Source of the DNA: a virus
DNA: 64,000 bases
Reading direction: 5' to 3' (one strand)
Virus record (IMG/VR): IMGVR_UViG_3300035181_000829
Coordinates: 26,232 to 90,231 of that record
Part shown: positions 19,550-29,218 of the stretch, in pieces
Position numbering within the stretch: position 1 is the stretch's first letter
Layout of the letters: each line of letters opens with the position of its first letter
Program-made: the position numbers and the translations under genes
The notes under the pieces: model-generated
Databases searched by the model: none
What the model saw: the letters and a program-made list of their open reading frames with translations, nothing else
Told to the model about the DNA's origin: nothing

Positions 19550-19859
19550 ACCAATCGGTGTTGGCTTCGTCGTAGGCACGCTGGCTATGTGTGCCATAGA
19601 GTTCGATGCTGATGATCCTCGATTCGGGATAAGCTTCCCGCGCCTTGGTCCGCGCGTCGTTGGCCGACTTGGCGGTTTCTTCGACGGTAAATTCCATCCC
19701 GTCTTCGCCGAGGAGCAGGATTTCATACTTGATCTGCTTGATGGGTTCCGGCCCGGTGAGCACACGCATCTGGTGCTCCGTGAGGGCACGCTTGCCCGCC
19801 GCGACCTTGGTGATAGACTTCTGTGCGAGAAACGCCGCGATCAGTTCCGAGTCATTCAT
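19548..19859 (-). CDS. Small early hypothetical protein
   Basis: AACGGAGCAAA RBS and its own promoter cassette. Confidence 0.75.
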   Translation of the reverse strand: MNDSELIAAFLAQKSITKVAAGKRALTEHQMRVLTGPEPIKQIKYEILLLGEDGMEFTVEETAKSANDARTKAREAYPESRIISIELYGTHSQRAYDEANTDW

Positions 19860-19940
19860 TTGTTTGCTCCGTTTTTAGGGCATAAGTGCCCGCAGTTGTA
19901 TTCGCACGGGCACTTCTTTGTTGCAATGTATCGCAGCAGA
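19860..19940 (-). promoter_or_regulatory. Repeated promoter/leader cassette, copy 1
   Basis: Palindrome variant supplying TTGCAA, N17, GAATAC, then GGGCA-CTTA-TGCCC hairpin and AACGGAGCAAA. Confidence 0.75.
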
Positions 19941-20243
19941 TCAGATGCGGTATTTCAGGATGGTGTCGCCCTCGCGCAGTTCCCGGCTGAGAATGTAGTC
20001 TTCATACGGAATGTCGTGGGTGCCGCCCGCGTCGTAGTGGCGCATCACGCATCGAGCGAAGGCTTCCGGGTTTGCTTCCCACTCACCCATGATGGCCGAA
20101 CGTCCTACCTTAACGGTGAACCCGCCATCAACCATGCGGGAATGATCGTTGAACCAAACTTTCCCGGTTTCGCCGTCGAACTCGGCGGTGATGACCTGCC
20201 CACGATCAGTGTAGAGACGGGAGGTATTGAACGTGATCTTCAT
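19941..20243 (-). CDS. Small early hypothetical protein
   Basis: AGGAG RBS. Confidence 0.75.
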   Translation of the reverse strand: MKITFNTSRLYTDRGQVITAEFDGETGKVWFNDHSRMVDGGFTVKVGRSAIMGEWEANPEAFARCVMRHYDAGGTHDIPYEDYILSRELREGDTILKYRI

Positions 20244-20476
20244 TTGCTGTCTCCTGTGGAGGCAAAGTGCAGGTTGTAGACGCCATAGAAGCCGTTATCG
20301 GGGCAATCCCGCAGGCGAGTGCTTTCCGCCTTTGCTTCGAGTTCCGTGAATTTCTCGCGCGGGAAAAGGCGGCGATCCGAGTAGTCTTCGCTCCAACCCT
20401 CCATTCCGTGATAGGTGGTGTAGTATTGCGTCCCATCTTGGTTCCGCATGGTGATGTATCCGAGTTCCGTGGTCAT
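20240..20476 (-). CDS. Small early hypothetical protein
   Basis: ATG 20476 after the cassette RBS. Confidence 0.7.
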   Translation of the reverse strand: MTTELGYITMRNQDGTQYYTTYHGMEGWSEDYSDRRLFPREKFTELEAKAESTRLRDCPDNGFYGVYNLHFASTGDSK

Positions 20477-20558
20477 GGTCTTTGTTCCGTTTGTTATGGG
20501 CATAGGTGCCCGCAGAAACGTTACCGCGAGCACTTCTTTGTTGCAATGGATTGTAGCA
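20477..20558 (-). promoter_or_regulatory. Repeated promoter/leader cassette, copy 2
   Basis: TACAATCCATTGCAA-N17-TAACGT, then GGGCA-CCTA-TGCCC hairpin and AACGGAACAAA. Confidence 0.8.
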
Positions 20559-20885
20559 TTACTTTCTCGTCGGATCGTCCCCAACAATGAAGTAGAGAAA
20601 GCGGGTGGCTATGCTGTGGGCGGGAATGACGAACTCGCTCACGTCGTTATTCTCCTGTGCAGCAATACAGTAGGCGAGCGCAGCAAGCGCGTTCTCCACC
20701 GTGTTATACCAGCCTTTCGCATTGAGGAAATCACTGACCACGTAGGCGGCTTGGCCGGGTTGCTCGAACTCGGTGTCCATCACCGATCCGCCGCTAAGTG
20801 CGATGGTGCCGAGCGGTTCGCCAGTCTCGTTGGCATACTCCGCCATATCCACGTTGTCGATCACTTCACAGGTAACTTTGACCAT
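20559..20885 (-). CDS. Small acidic early hypothetical protein
   Basis: ATG 20885 after a GGAG RBS. Confidence 0.7.
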   Translation of the reverse strand: MVKVTCEVIDNVDMAEYANETGEPLGTIALSGGSVMDTEFEQPGQAAYVVSDFLNAKGWYNTVENALAALAYCIAAQENNDVSEFVIPAHSIATRFLYFIVGDDPTRK

Positions 20886-20967
20886 TTTATCGCTCCATTT
20901 GTTCATGGGCATGAGTGCCCGTGTTAACGTTCGCAGGGGGACAACATTGTTGCAATGGATTGCAGCG
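20886..20967 (-). promoter_or_regulatory. Repeated promoter/leader cassette, copy 3
   Basis: TGCAATCCATTGCAA-N17-GAACGT, then GGGCA-CTCA-TGCCC hairpin and AATGGAGCG. Confidence 0.75.
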
Positions 20968-21568
20968 TTACTTGTCATACCCAGCTTTGATGAGTTCGCG
21001 GATTGCAAGCAGCCCGCTAAGATGGGACTCGACCATCCTGTAGTAGGCGCCCGGTGTCACCCTTTTCAGTTCTTTCTGGTAATCTTCCACCAGCCAATCA
21101 ATTTCTGGCAGGATGAAGCCGCAGGCTGATTTTGACAACTTGACACCCGCGTTCGGGTGGAACTCCAAGCTGTCCTTGAACATTTCCTTGTAGGTGATCG
21201 CCATTTCATTTGCTCCGTTTGTGGTGGGCGGGTTGTTAGCCCGCCCGGTTTCGTTAGTAGCTTGCAAAAGTTTGCTTGCGACGTTTGCTAGGGTAAACGA
21301 CGCTAAACCGTTCCGTGGTTTTCCCGTTTACCGTGGCGATGATTTGCCGCGCGGCAGTGCAGCGCAGGATAACGAGTCCGCCGCAAGCGATTGCAGCAGT
21401 TTCGCCGGGTTGCAGTTCGATGATTTTGGCAACGTTGGAAAACGGATGCACGGGTTGCAGGTCGAAAGACCGCGTGCATTCCGAGCCGCGCGGAAAGAAG
21501 TTAACCGACGCACCCGTAAACGGGTTGTAGGAGAAGGAGAAGACGCTAGGCGTTTGCTTGCTAAGCAT
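20968..21568 (-). other. Two small hypothetical ORFs (20968..about 21204 and 21254..21568)
   Basis: ORF track; AACGGAGCAAA and AACGGGGC RBS. Confidence 0.65.
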
Positions 21569-21699
21569 GTTGGTAGCCCCGTTTGCTAAGGCATCCGCTT
21601 ATTACGGAATGCCGCAGCTTTATGTTATACGGACCCCTACATTGCTACAATTGATTATTATTATTCTTTGTTGCTGCCCGCGATCTATCTTCGCACTGC

Positions 21700-21860
21700 T
21701 ACATAACATCTTCTCCTTCTCCCGCGTATACTTCTCCTTCTCCTTCTTCTCCATCCGCATGTAATTCACCATCATCTCCATCAACTTCGTTATACCCATT
21801 AACTACCCTTCTTCTTCATCTTCAATGACTTACAATGCTCATTAACTACCCATCAACAAA
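21700..21860 (+). repeat. G-poor tract with CTTCTCC repeats and 2x CATTAACTACCC
   Basis: Copies at 21797 and 21840. Confidence 0.85.
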
Positions 21861-21897
21861 AAAATGGGAGACTCGACCATTGCTGGGAGTCTCCCTA
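21858..21897 (-). terminator. Intrinsic terminator
   Basis: A7 then GGGAGACTC...GAGTCTCCC. Confidence 0.7.
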
Positions 21898-21945
21898 GTT
21901 ACCCGCCCCAAACGGAACTAAAGAACGGGTTCGTTCGAATATCTG

Positions 21946-22329
21946 TTAGGCGATTACCACGAAGGACGTATGCTTGGTATCGCTGTAGAAGTTGTTCACG
22001 CATTCCTCGATCTGGTCCATTGCGTTGAACGCGCCCGCGCCCATGTCAGCGAAGCGGGCCGCTACTGTTTCCGCGTCCATTGCATTTAGTGCTCGGTAGA
22101 AGTGGGCGATCGGCACAACAAATCGGTCGCCCGGAACGTAGGAAGGTCCGCCGGGAATCACTCTCGTCAATGCAGAACAGAACGCGATGCCCGCCGCCGT
22201 TTCCACTTCTGTGTGGAGATACGCCGTGTTGATTTCCGCCACTTCCACGTCTTCGAGGGCAAGTGCCATCTGCACGAAAGTGGGACTATTCTCGAATTCG
22301 ACTTTGAAGATTGCGAGTTCCATTGTCAT
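21946..22329 (-). CDS. Early hypothetical protein
   Basis: AACGGAGCAA RBS; promoter TTGCAA-N17-AAATAT overlapping the palindrome variant at 22388. Confidence 0.7.
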   Translation of the reverse strand: MTMELAIFKVEFENSPTFVQMALALEDVEVAEINTAYLHTEVETAAGIAFCSALTRVIPGGPSYVPGDRFVVPIAHFYRALNAMDAETVAARFADMGAGAFNAMDQIEECVNNFYSDTKHTSFVVIA

Positions 22330-22549
22330 TTGCTCCGTTGTAGCGGGTCGTTCCCGCGATGTGATATTTGCAGGTAATCTCCCGCGTTGCAAGCGATTGT
22401 AGCGTTACAACCGGTATTCCGCAGGAACCCACGCATTACGTGCCAGTTCTTTTTCCGTTTACTTTGCTCCGTTTATGGCGGGTTGTTCCCGCAAGGATAT
22501 GATTGCACGTTACCATCGGTGCAGCAATCGATTATAACAGGTCTGCTAA

Positions 22550-22705
22550 TTTACCTTGTCTTCATCTACATAACGATCTTCATCTTCTTCTACTTCTTCA
22601 TCATCGTTATATTCATTAACTACCCATCTTCTACTTCTCCATCTTCGTTATCATTATATTCATTAACTACCCATCAACTTCAATGACTTAACCTATTAAT
22701 CTACA
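22550..22705 (+). repeat. G-poor tract with 2x CATTAACTACCC
   Basis: Copies at 22614 and 22661. Confidence 0.85.
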
Positions 22706-22706
22706 A

Positions 22707-22734
22707 GAAAAAAGGCGGACCTTACGATCCGCCC
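22707..22734 (-). terminator. Intrinsic terminator
   Basis: A-run then GGCGGA-CCTTACGA-TCCGCC after 22764..23258. Confidence 0.7.
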
Positions 22735-22763
22735 TCTATCTAGGCTTATTAGGCTTATTAGGC

Positions 22764-23258
22764 TTACGCCTTGCCGTATTCCATGCCGGCCTTGGTCAGA
22801 TGCACGGTGACTTGCGTCGTTCCATCGGTCAGGCATTCCTTGCCATCGATGTTGACCTTCATGCCGCCCGCCGTGCTGATGAGGCCGCAGGCCAGCAGAT
22901 CACGCAGCACCCCATTGTCAAGGCCCTTGGCGGGGAACGCTTGCGCGCCATACTTCGTCCGCAAGCCGTAGAGCGATTTCTGCATCCGGTCGGTCACCGC
23001 GTCCTTGGCGCGGGTGATGCCCAGCACGATCTGGACCTTGCGACCGGCGTTGATCGGGCTGGACGGGCCGCTGTAGTCAATGGTCAACCCCGCGTCGCGG
23101 TGCACATGCACCACCGGCTGCTTGGCGACCTTCGTGGCCGGAATGTTGTCGGCCTTCGGCGCAGCCGCCACCTTCGCCTTGGAACCCGGCAGGGTGATCT
23201 TGCGGGCCGGTTTGGTCGTTTTCGCAGCGGGAACAATAATTTCGCTTTTCGTGTCCAT
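22764..23258 (-). CDS. Lys/Ala-tailed putative DNA-binding protein, paralog 2
   Basis: High GC3 codon usage; C-terminal L...GLI...LTKAG is winged-helix-like; homologous to 18245..18766. Confidence 0.8.
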   Translation of the reverse strand: MDTKSEIIVPAAKTTKPARKITLPGSKAKVAAAPKADNIPATKVAKQPVVHVHRDAGLTIDYSGPSSPINAGRKVQIVLGITRAKDAVTDRMQKSLYGLRTKYGAQAFPAKGLDNGVLRDLLACGLISTAGGMKVNIDGKECLTDGTTQVTVHLTKAGMEYGKA

Positions 23259-23361
23259 GATGAACCTCTTTGGTTTGGACCCCAACCGTGTCGTTATTGG
23301 CGCGGCTGATGTGTTATGTTAGCATGTCGTTATAGTCGATTGCAACGATATAACGAGTTTC

Positions 23362-23571
23362 TTAGCTGTTGATGACTTCTTCGAGGTCACCAATGATTTC
23401 CTTCCACGGCGTTGTCCGCTTGTAGGTCTTCTTCGTGTTCGCCGCGCATTTGGCCCTCAACTGCGTTGCGGTCATCCTGCTGTTCTTCATCCCCGCTGCA
23501 AACAGTCGGCAATGCCCTTTAAGGAATACCGCTTGCACACGAGGTTCGGCAGGATTCAAGATCGTTGTCAT
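23362..23571 (-). CDS. Small basic hypothetical protein
   Basis: AACGGAGCAAA RBS. Confidence 0.7.
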   Translation of the reverse strand: MTTILNPAEPRVQAVFLKGHCRLFAAGMKNSRMTATQLRAKCAANTKKTYKRTTPWKEIIGDLEEVINS

Positions 23572-23689
23572 TCGCTTTGCTCCGTTATAACGTGTTTCCG
23601 TGCAGTCGATTGTAAGCGAAAATCACCGTGAAAACCACGCGAAAATTAGTGTTCTAAGCCTGCTTTTTCATGCTTTTTAATGTTCAATG

Positions 23690-23975
23690 TTATCAATGAC
23701 TTACGTATATAACGAATAATACACCTTCAACATCAATGACTTATAAGGCACCTATCGATTGTAAGGAAAAACAACAACAATATCAGTGGCTTATACGTAT
23801 AACACATATTACGCCTTTAATATCAACAACTTACAAGGTGCCTATCGATTGTAAGAGAATCATCAACAATATCAACTACTTAACATATAACGGATAATAC
23901 ACCTTTAATATCAACAACTTACAGGAGCCTATCGATTGTAAGGAAAAACAACAACAATATCAATGGTTTGTAGAC
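23690..23975. repeat. AT-rich degenerate tandem repeat of about 88 bp x3 (candidate origin or terminus)
   Basis: CCTATCGATTGTAAG at 23751, 23841 and 23928; ATCAAYRACTTA-like sub-repeat every 40-49 bp. Confidence 0.85.
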
Positions 23976-26133
23976 CATCATAACGACTTCTTCATCATTG
24001 ACTTCATCTAATACATTAACTACCCTTCATCATCATTTCCTTTATTATCAATGACTTAGCCTACTAATCTACATTGCCATCACGCAAAACTTGGGGGACT
24101 GTTTAGCTGTGTTTAGCTATACTTAATCATATTATTACTATATATACTATCTATTAGTTTTTAGTAGTTTAGACCCGCGATGGAAGTTCTAGGCCCGCGA
24201 TTCTTCTAGAGAACCCGCGATTATGCTTACAATCGATTGTAGCGAAGTTTACACTATGCGTAGTGAACGCAAAAGAGATGTTATAGAACAAAGAAAGCAA
24301 TGACTTAAAAAATAAGTCGTTATATGCACAATGACTTTATCTTGGATTTTATTATAGTGGGGCTACCTATAGCCTGTCTATCGGTTTACCCCGCGTTTGT
24401 CGCCATAGGCTGCGTTGTATCCCATTTCAGTATTATCAAATGGATCAGTTGCCGTAGAATACTATCCATAGAATGCTTGACGCCACGGTGATCGTAATGC
24501 CAGTAAAGATGCCGAGGAAGAAAACCACGTTGACTACTACGGTGCTATGTTTGTTAGGTCTATCTAGCTTTGGTAGTTCTGGTGGGTAGACCCGCGTATG
24601 TGGTGTATATTCTATCTCCCCGCGATCCATTTCATACCGCGACCTGAAATCAGGGTGTTTCATTTCGGTTTCTGTTATCAGCAGACGCCGGTGATCCCGT
24701 ATTACCTTTGCGAGCGCGGGTATAAGGTTCTTGGATACCTCGTTCTCTCTCATGCGCAAATGGCAATATTCGTTATATTCTTCCATCTGTTAATTCGATC
24801 CTAACGGAGTGCGGCTACTTTATTCGGCATACTATCTATCTATTATCATACCTCTGGTGTTTCATGCTCAAACTTGTCTCTGTAGTAGATTGCCATATGA
24901 CGGCTTACCCCGCAAACGACAGGTCGCGCTTGGCCGTAGAATACCATATTCCCCTGTTGTTTGATGTTTTCAACGTCTTTCACACGAAAGACGGCCCAAC
25001 TGTAAATACTGTCGCCGTCATAGCGCCGGATCGTGAATACTTTCTTTGTCATGTTTACTCCCCGCGCCGCGCGTGCATTCCGGCGCTATCTATTGCCATC
25101 CATGCGTCGTCCCACGGATACCCCCGCGCGCACGGTCCATCTTGTCTTTTGCTGAACGCAGCGTCCTTGAACGGGGTTGCGAGCATGTCACGCAAAAGGA
25201 CCGTCCCGCCGTTCTCCAACCAAGTCTCGAAGTTAGAGGCGTAGAAGGCATCATCCATCGACTTCTGGATAATGGCACGCCAAAGAGGCAGCGCGTGTGC
25301 GCGGCTGACATGCTGATCATCTGGTTGGGCGTTGAGCATTTCTTCGATGCGGTCGAACACCTGATGGCAGGTAGGATTGTCTGGACGGCGAATCATCAGT
25401 CAATCTCCCATGTCGTGCGCCAGCCTGCGAGCTTTACTACACGCTCTGACTTGACTTGCTTGCGGTCGGGATTGGCAGCTATCAACCTACGCATTTCAGC
25501 GTCCGAAATGCGTCTGCCATTGAGGTAGTAACGAAGGCGATAGAGGTTGCCCCACTTCGATGCTGTCTCAACAAGTTTCATTTGATTTATCCTTGCTTAC
25601 GGCGAGCGAACCGAGCATACGGATGGAAGTCACCGCCCGTATTTTTGTCAATGAGGAATGCTTGCATGACGGGTTGCCCGTCATGGTTGTCGTTCAAGAT
25701 ACCATTGTTGTCATAGACGCCGTTGAATTCGCAGGCGACGACATTGAGGTGTGCTACCAAACACTTCGCAACGCTGATCGATTCAGACAAGAGGATCGAG
25801 TCATACTCCTGCGTGAGCGAAAGCATGACATTGTGGTCATAGTTGATAGAAATTTCTTCGAACACGTCGTTGTCGCGAAACACCGAATCAAGCACGAACG
25901 CAGCCGCTCCTGTATTCACGAAGTTGTCAGAATCAATCTCGAAAATATCTTTGACACACATAGCACCGAATTCATTCCTCTCTAGGAAGATTGCGCGAAC
26001 AACGCGCTTGGTTTTTTTGTCGAAAGAGGTGATTCCACAATCTATGATGAGTTTCATTCTGGTTTGCTCCGTTTGCTTGCGCGGTTACGTTCCGCGTATA
26101 TGTAGGGTAAACCCGTTACTTCTTCGTTGCAAT

Positions 26134-26177
26134 CGATTGTAGCATATCAAGAAGGCGATTGTAGCATATCAAGAAGG
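26134..26177. repeat. 22-bp perfect tandem duplication
   Basis: CGATTGTAGCATATCAAGAAGG x2. Confidence 0.9.
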
Positions 26178-26609
26178 CCATGAATCATCGTTGGATTTCA
26201 GCGTTAGGTGCACAAGGCCAATACAGTTGCACTGAACAAATAGAGATGTAGTCTTTGATCTTATTACCTTCGCGGTGCCATCGCAGTTAGGACAAGCGAA
26301 CCTAAGTGTTTCCCCCGCCATCACCGGCCTTGGCACATGTCCGATAACATTTGACAAAAGCACTTGACTTTGAGAAACGTAGTCATCCCATTCTGCCCGT
26401 TCATTGGCAGTAAATTCCTTTCGGCCATTACAAGGCTTGATCAACGCAGGTGGATTAGGCAAGCACTTGAGAACAATGTCATTCTCGCCAAGCAATTGCA
26501 TGTCACACTTTGGCCCACCTTCATGGTGGTAGAAACGACAGTGGTGTGTCGCGTGCAGAGGCATAGCCTGTGAATGGTATTTGGCTCTGTGTTTCTTTAC
26601 CATGGGCAT
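26169..26609 (-). CDS. Zn-ribbon-containing hypothetical protein
   Basis: CPNC...CNC plus an N-terminal Cys/His cluster. Confidence 0.65.
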   Translation of the reverse strand: MPMVKKHRAKYHSQAMPLHATHHCRFYHHEGGPKCDMQLLGENDIVLKCLPNPPALIKPCNGRKEFTANERAEWDDYVSQSQVLLSNVIGHVPRPVMAGETLRFACPNCDGTAKVIRSKTTSLFVQCNCIGLVHLTLKSNDDSWPS

Positions 26610-27415
26610 GATTCAGTTCATCAGTGGGGGACGGGGGCGGGGGCCGCAAACTTCTTCGCAATACTTGGCTTCTTCCGGCGTCATCGCATCATTGTAGGTT
26701 TTGGGAAGTATGGTCGAGAACAGTGCGAGCGGCCCTACAAATGACTTTCTGCGTTCATCGGGTATGTCCGTCTCCTCAAGTCTGCTAAGAGTAACCGAGC
26801 CATCATCCTTATATTCGAGGATGGACGTAAAGATGCGCACAGCGGAATCGATAACATGCACATAAACAAGGTTGGGCTGGGCCGTCATGTTGGCGGGATC
26901 AACGCGAATGCCATGAATGAAACCAACAAGTTTGCGAATCCGCATCCACTTCAATGCAAGCGCAAGCTTGTCGAAGAAAGGTAAGGTAGACACGAAGTCG
27001 GCGTTAGCTGGGGCGGGGAAGATGATCTTCTTCTCTTGCATGTTGATTGCAATGAACACGGGATCAGCCCGCGTATGTGTCTCGATACATCTCAGCACTT
27101 CATCGTATAGTTCAACAACCTCTTTGGGAAAATCGCTCATTCCGTTTTCACTTTCGTTTGAACCCGCCCGCCGACATATGTATGCGCAACGATGATCAGG
27201 CGTTTTTCTTCGACAGGAAGTTCGTTGGCATCAAACACAACGAATCGTCTACCAGATTCGTCTGTCTGCACATGCAGCCGCACTTGGCGCTCGCCGGTCG
27301 ATTGGCCGTTGAACGTTTTGCGGACAGTGAAGCCCTCGATGGGTGGTCCGTCATTTCGTGCCATGGTTTGCTCCAGATGGTTCGAGGGTGAGGACGGGTA
27401 TGATGTTGCAGGGGG

Positions 27416-27727
27416 TCATTTCGATACCCCGCGAAACTCATGGCAGGTGATACGGCGGGGGTTTGCCTCCTTATCAGCATCTTCCTTAGAAAAGTAATGA
27501 ACTCGGGAAAGTCCATTTGGATACTCATTCACCCAGATCGTCTGGGGCTCGCGGACCTCGACGATATAAGGGATACCATGATACATAAAATCGCGGTCGG
27601 TCTGCACGGTAATCCAATTACCGCCATTATTCACTTTCCACAGAAGCGGATGAGAGCCGCCCATGCTGCCATCCAAGAATTTGGCTTCGTTACCGCACAG
27701 CACGGTCTTGTATTTCTTCTCGGTCAT
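27416..27727 (-). CDS. Hypothetical protein, tandem duplicate A
   Basis: MTEKKYKTVL...GG.HPLLWK...TDRDF...IVEVREP. Confidence 0.8.
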   Translation of the reverse strand: MTEKKYKTVLCGNEAKFLDGSMGGSHPLLWKVNNGGNWITVQTDRDFMYHGIPYIVEVREPQTIWVNEYPNGLSRVHYFSKEDADKEANPRRITCHEFRGVSK

Positions 27728-28050
27728 TTCACCACCTCACGAAACTCGCGGCAGGCGATGCGATCGAAGCCTGCAACAATATCAGCCTCTTTTTTCGTGG
27801 TATAACTAGCTTGGGCAAGACCAGTTGGATAATCGTTTATCCATCGTGTTAGAGGCTCGCGTGTTAGAGGCTCGCGGACCTCGACAATGCAGGGTTTGCC
27901 GTAATGCAAAAAATCACGGTCGGTGCGAAGGATATACCACTCACCCTCTACAAGAGCCTTCCACAGAAGCGGATGCTTTCCACCCATATTGTCATCCAGC
28001 AATACGGTTTTGTGGCCGTGAAGCACGGTCTTGTATTTCTTCTCGGTCAT
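27724..28050 (-). CDS. Hypothetical protein, tandem duplicate B
   Basis: Same motifs, with an internal REPLT duplication. Confidence 0.8.
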   Translation of the reverse strand: MTEKKYKTVLHGHKTVLLDDNMGGKHPLLWKALVEGEWYILRTDRDFLHYGKPCIVEVREPLTREPLTRWINDYPTGLAQASYTTKKEADIVAGFDRIACREFREVVK

Positions 28051-28371
28051 TTCATTTCTCCGGGGAATGTGAGATTGTGTTCCATAGCAAGCTGTTTGGC
28101 CTTCTTGAGGAAGTCACAAAGGTCATCTGCGCCGTCATGCACAAATTGTAGCTCGACGCAGAATTCAGTTTCTGGGGCTAGTTCCAGCGCCAGTTCATCA
28201 TCGGGGAAATACCGAACGATATTTTCAACAAGGGCGCACTTGGCTTCGTCATACTTGGTGCGCTGCTCGTCTGTCATCAACTGACCGATGGCGCAGCCTG
28301 CGGTGTAAGAGCATCTGCAATTTTCACCATATCCTAGCCTGCCTTGCGCCATGAGGCCAAGGATTGCCTTG

Positions 28372-28752
28372 TCAAAGATTTCCTGTTTGGTCATCCTTCG
28401 ACTCCTTCAAAGGGATAATCGCCATTTTCCCCGGCTTAGTCATCCACGGCTGCAATACAATTGATTGTAGCCAATCCTGAGGCGTAGGGATCAGCCCAGC
28501 GCAATCTTCCCGCACATGCTGTTCCCCGATGAACCGAACTGGTATTTGTTTGCCATCCGAGTTGGTGATCGTCACCCCAAACACGCGCTCGGCTTCGAAG
28601 ATGCCATGCGTGTGATGGCGCAATGCCCGATGCCGGAAATCGGGCACAAGTTCTTTGGTGGCATCGAACCAGTTATGGATCGGAAGATAATCTTCTGCCT
28701 TGCCGCCGAACTTATGAACCGAAGACAGTGCATGATGATGCGGATGAGCCAT
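28372..28752 (-). CDS. DUF6915-like His-rich protein
   Basis: MAHP.HHA.SS..KFGG..EDY..IH.WFD..K....DFRHRALRHH..GIF.AERVFG...NSDG..IPVR.IGEQHV.ED (family recalled from memory). Confidence 0.75.
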   Translation of the reverse strand: MAHPHHHALSSVHKFGGKAEDYLPIHNWFDATKELVPDFRHRALRHHTHGIFEAERVFGVTITNSDGKQIPVRFIGEQHVREDCAGLIPTPQDWLQSIVLQPWMTKPGKMAIIPLKESKDDQTGNL

Positions 28753-28765
28753 CAGATGTTCTCCT

Positions 28766-29218
28766 TCAGAATGAGTCGCTGCTGCTGATCGTCTCAATCA
28801 CGTTTTCATTGTGATCGAGTTTCAGCTCATCTTCGGGGAGCAGCCATTCGAACTCACCTTGGCCCCCCTCATTGTTCTCGAAACCCGGATGCGTGGACAT
28901 CAGCAAGTCCCAGAACATTTCTTGCAAGGCATTATGAACGCTGTCCACGGCTAACACTCCCGGCCTCGTGTCTGTAAGAGAAGACACCTTCTTCCAAAGG
29001 ACTTCATCGAGTCTTTTGAATCCATCCGTGCCGCCGAAAATATCCAGATCATCAATCTGCCCGCTGTCCCCATAACCGCTATAGGTGCAGGTTACCCGGA
29101 TTACCCCAAGGCCTGTCAGGATCGTGTGCAGGAGCTTGCGATTAGCCAAGGCCACTCTCAGTCTCTGGTTCTGCTTCGCATCCCAGTCTTTCATGAAATC
29201 AGTCACTTGGTCCGTCAT
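28766..29218 (-). CDS. DUF6878-like protein
   Basis: V..TYSGYGDSGQI...HPGFENNEGGQGEF (family recalled from memory). Confidence 0.7.
   Translation of the reverse strand: MTDQVTDFMKDWDAKQNQRLRVALANRKLLHTILTGLGVIRVTCTYSGYGDSGQIDDLDIFGGTDGFKRLDEVLWKKVSSLTDTRPGVLAVDSVHNALQEMFWDLLMSTHPGFENNEGGQGEFEWLLPEDELKLDHNENVIETISSSDSF

Noticed and set aside
22741-22767. TAGGCTTAT x2-3 microrepeat
   Set aside because: Short slippage duplication around a stop codon with no further support
23690-23975. Possible CRISPR mini-array
   Set aside because: The intervening sequences are themselves similar to each other, so this is a degenerate tandem repeat; no cas operon
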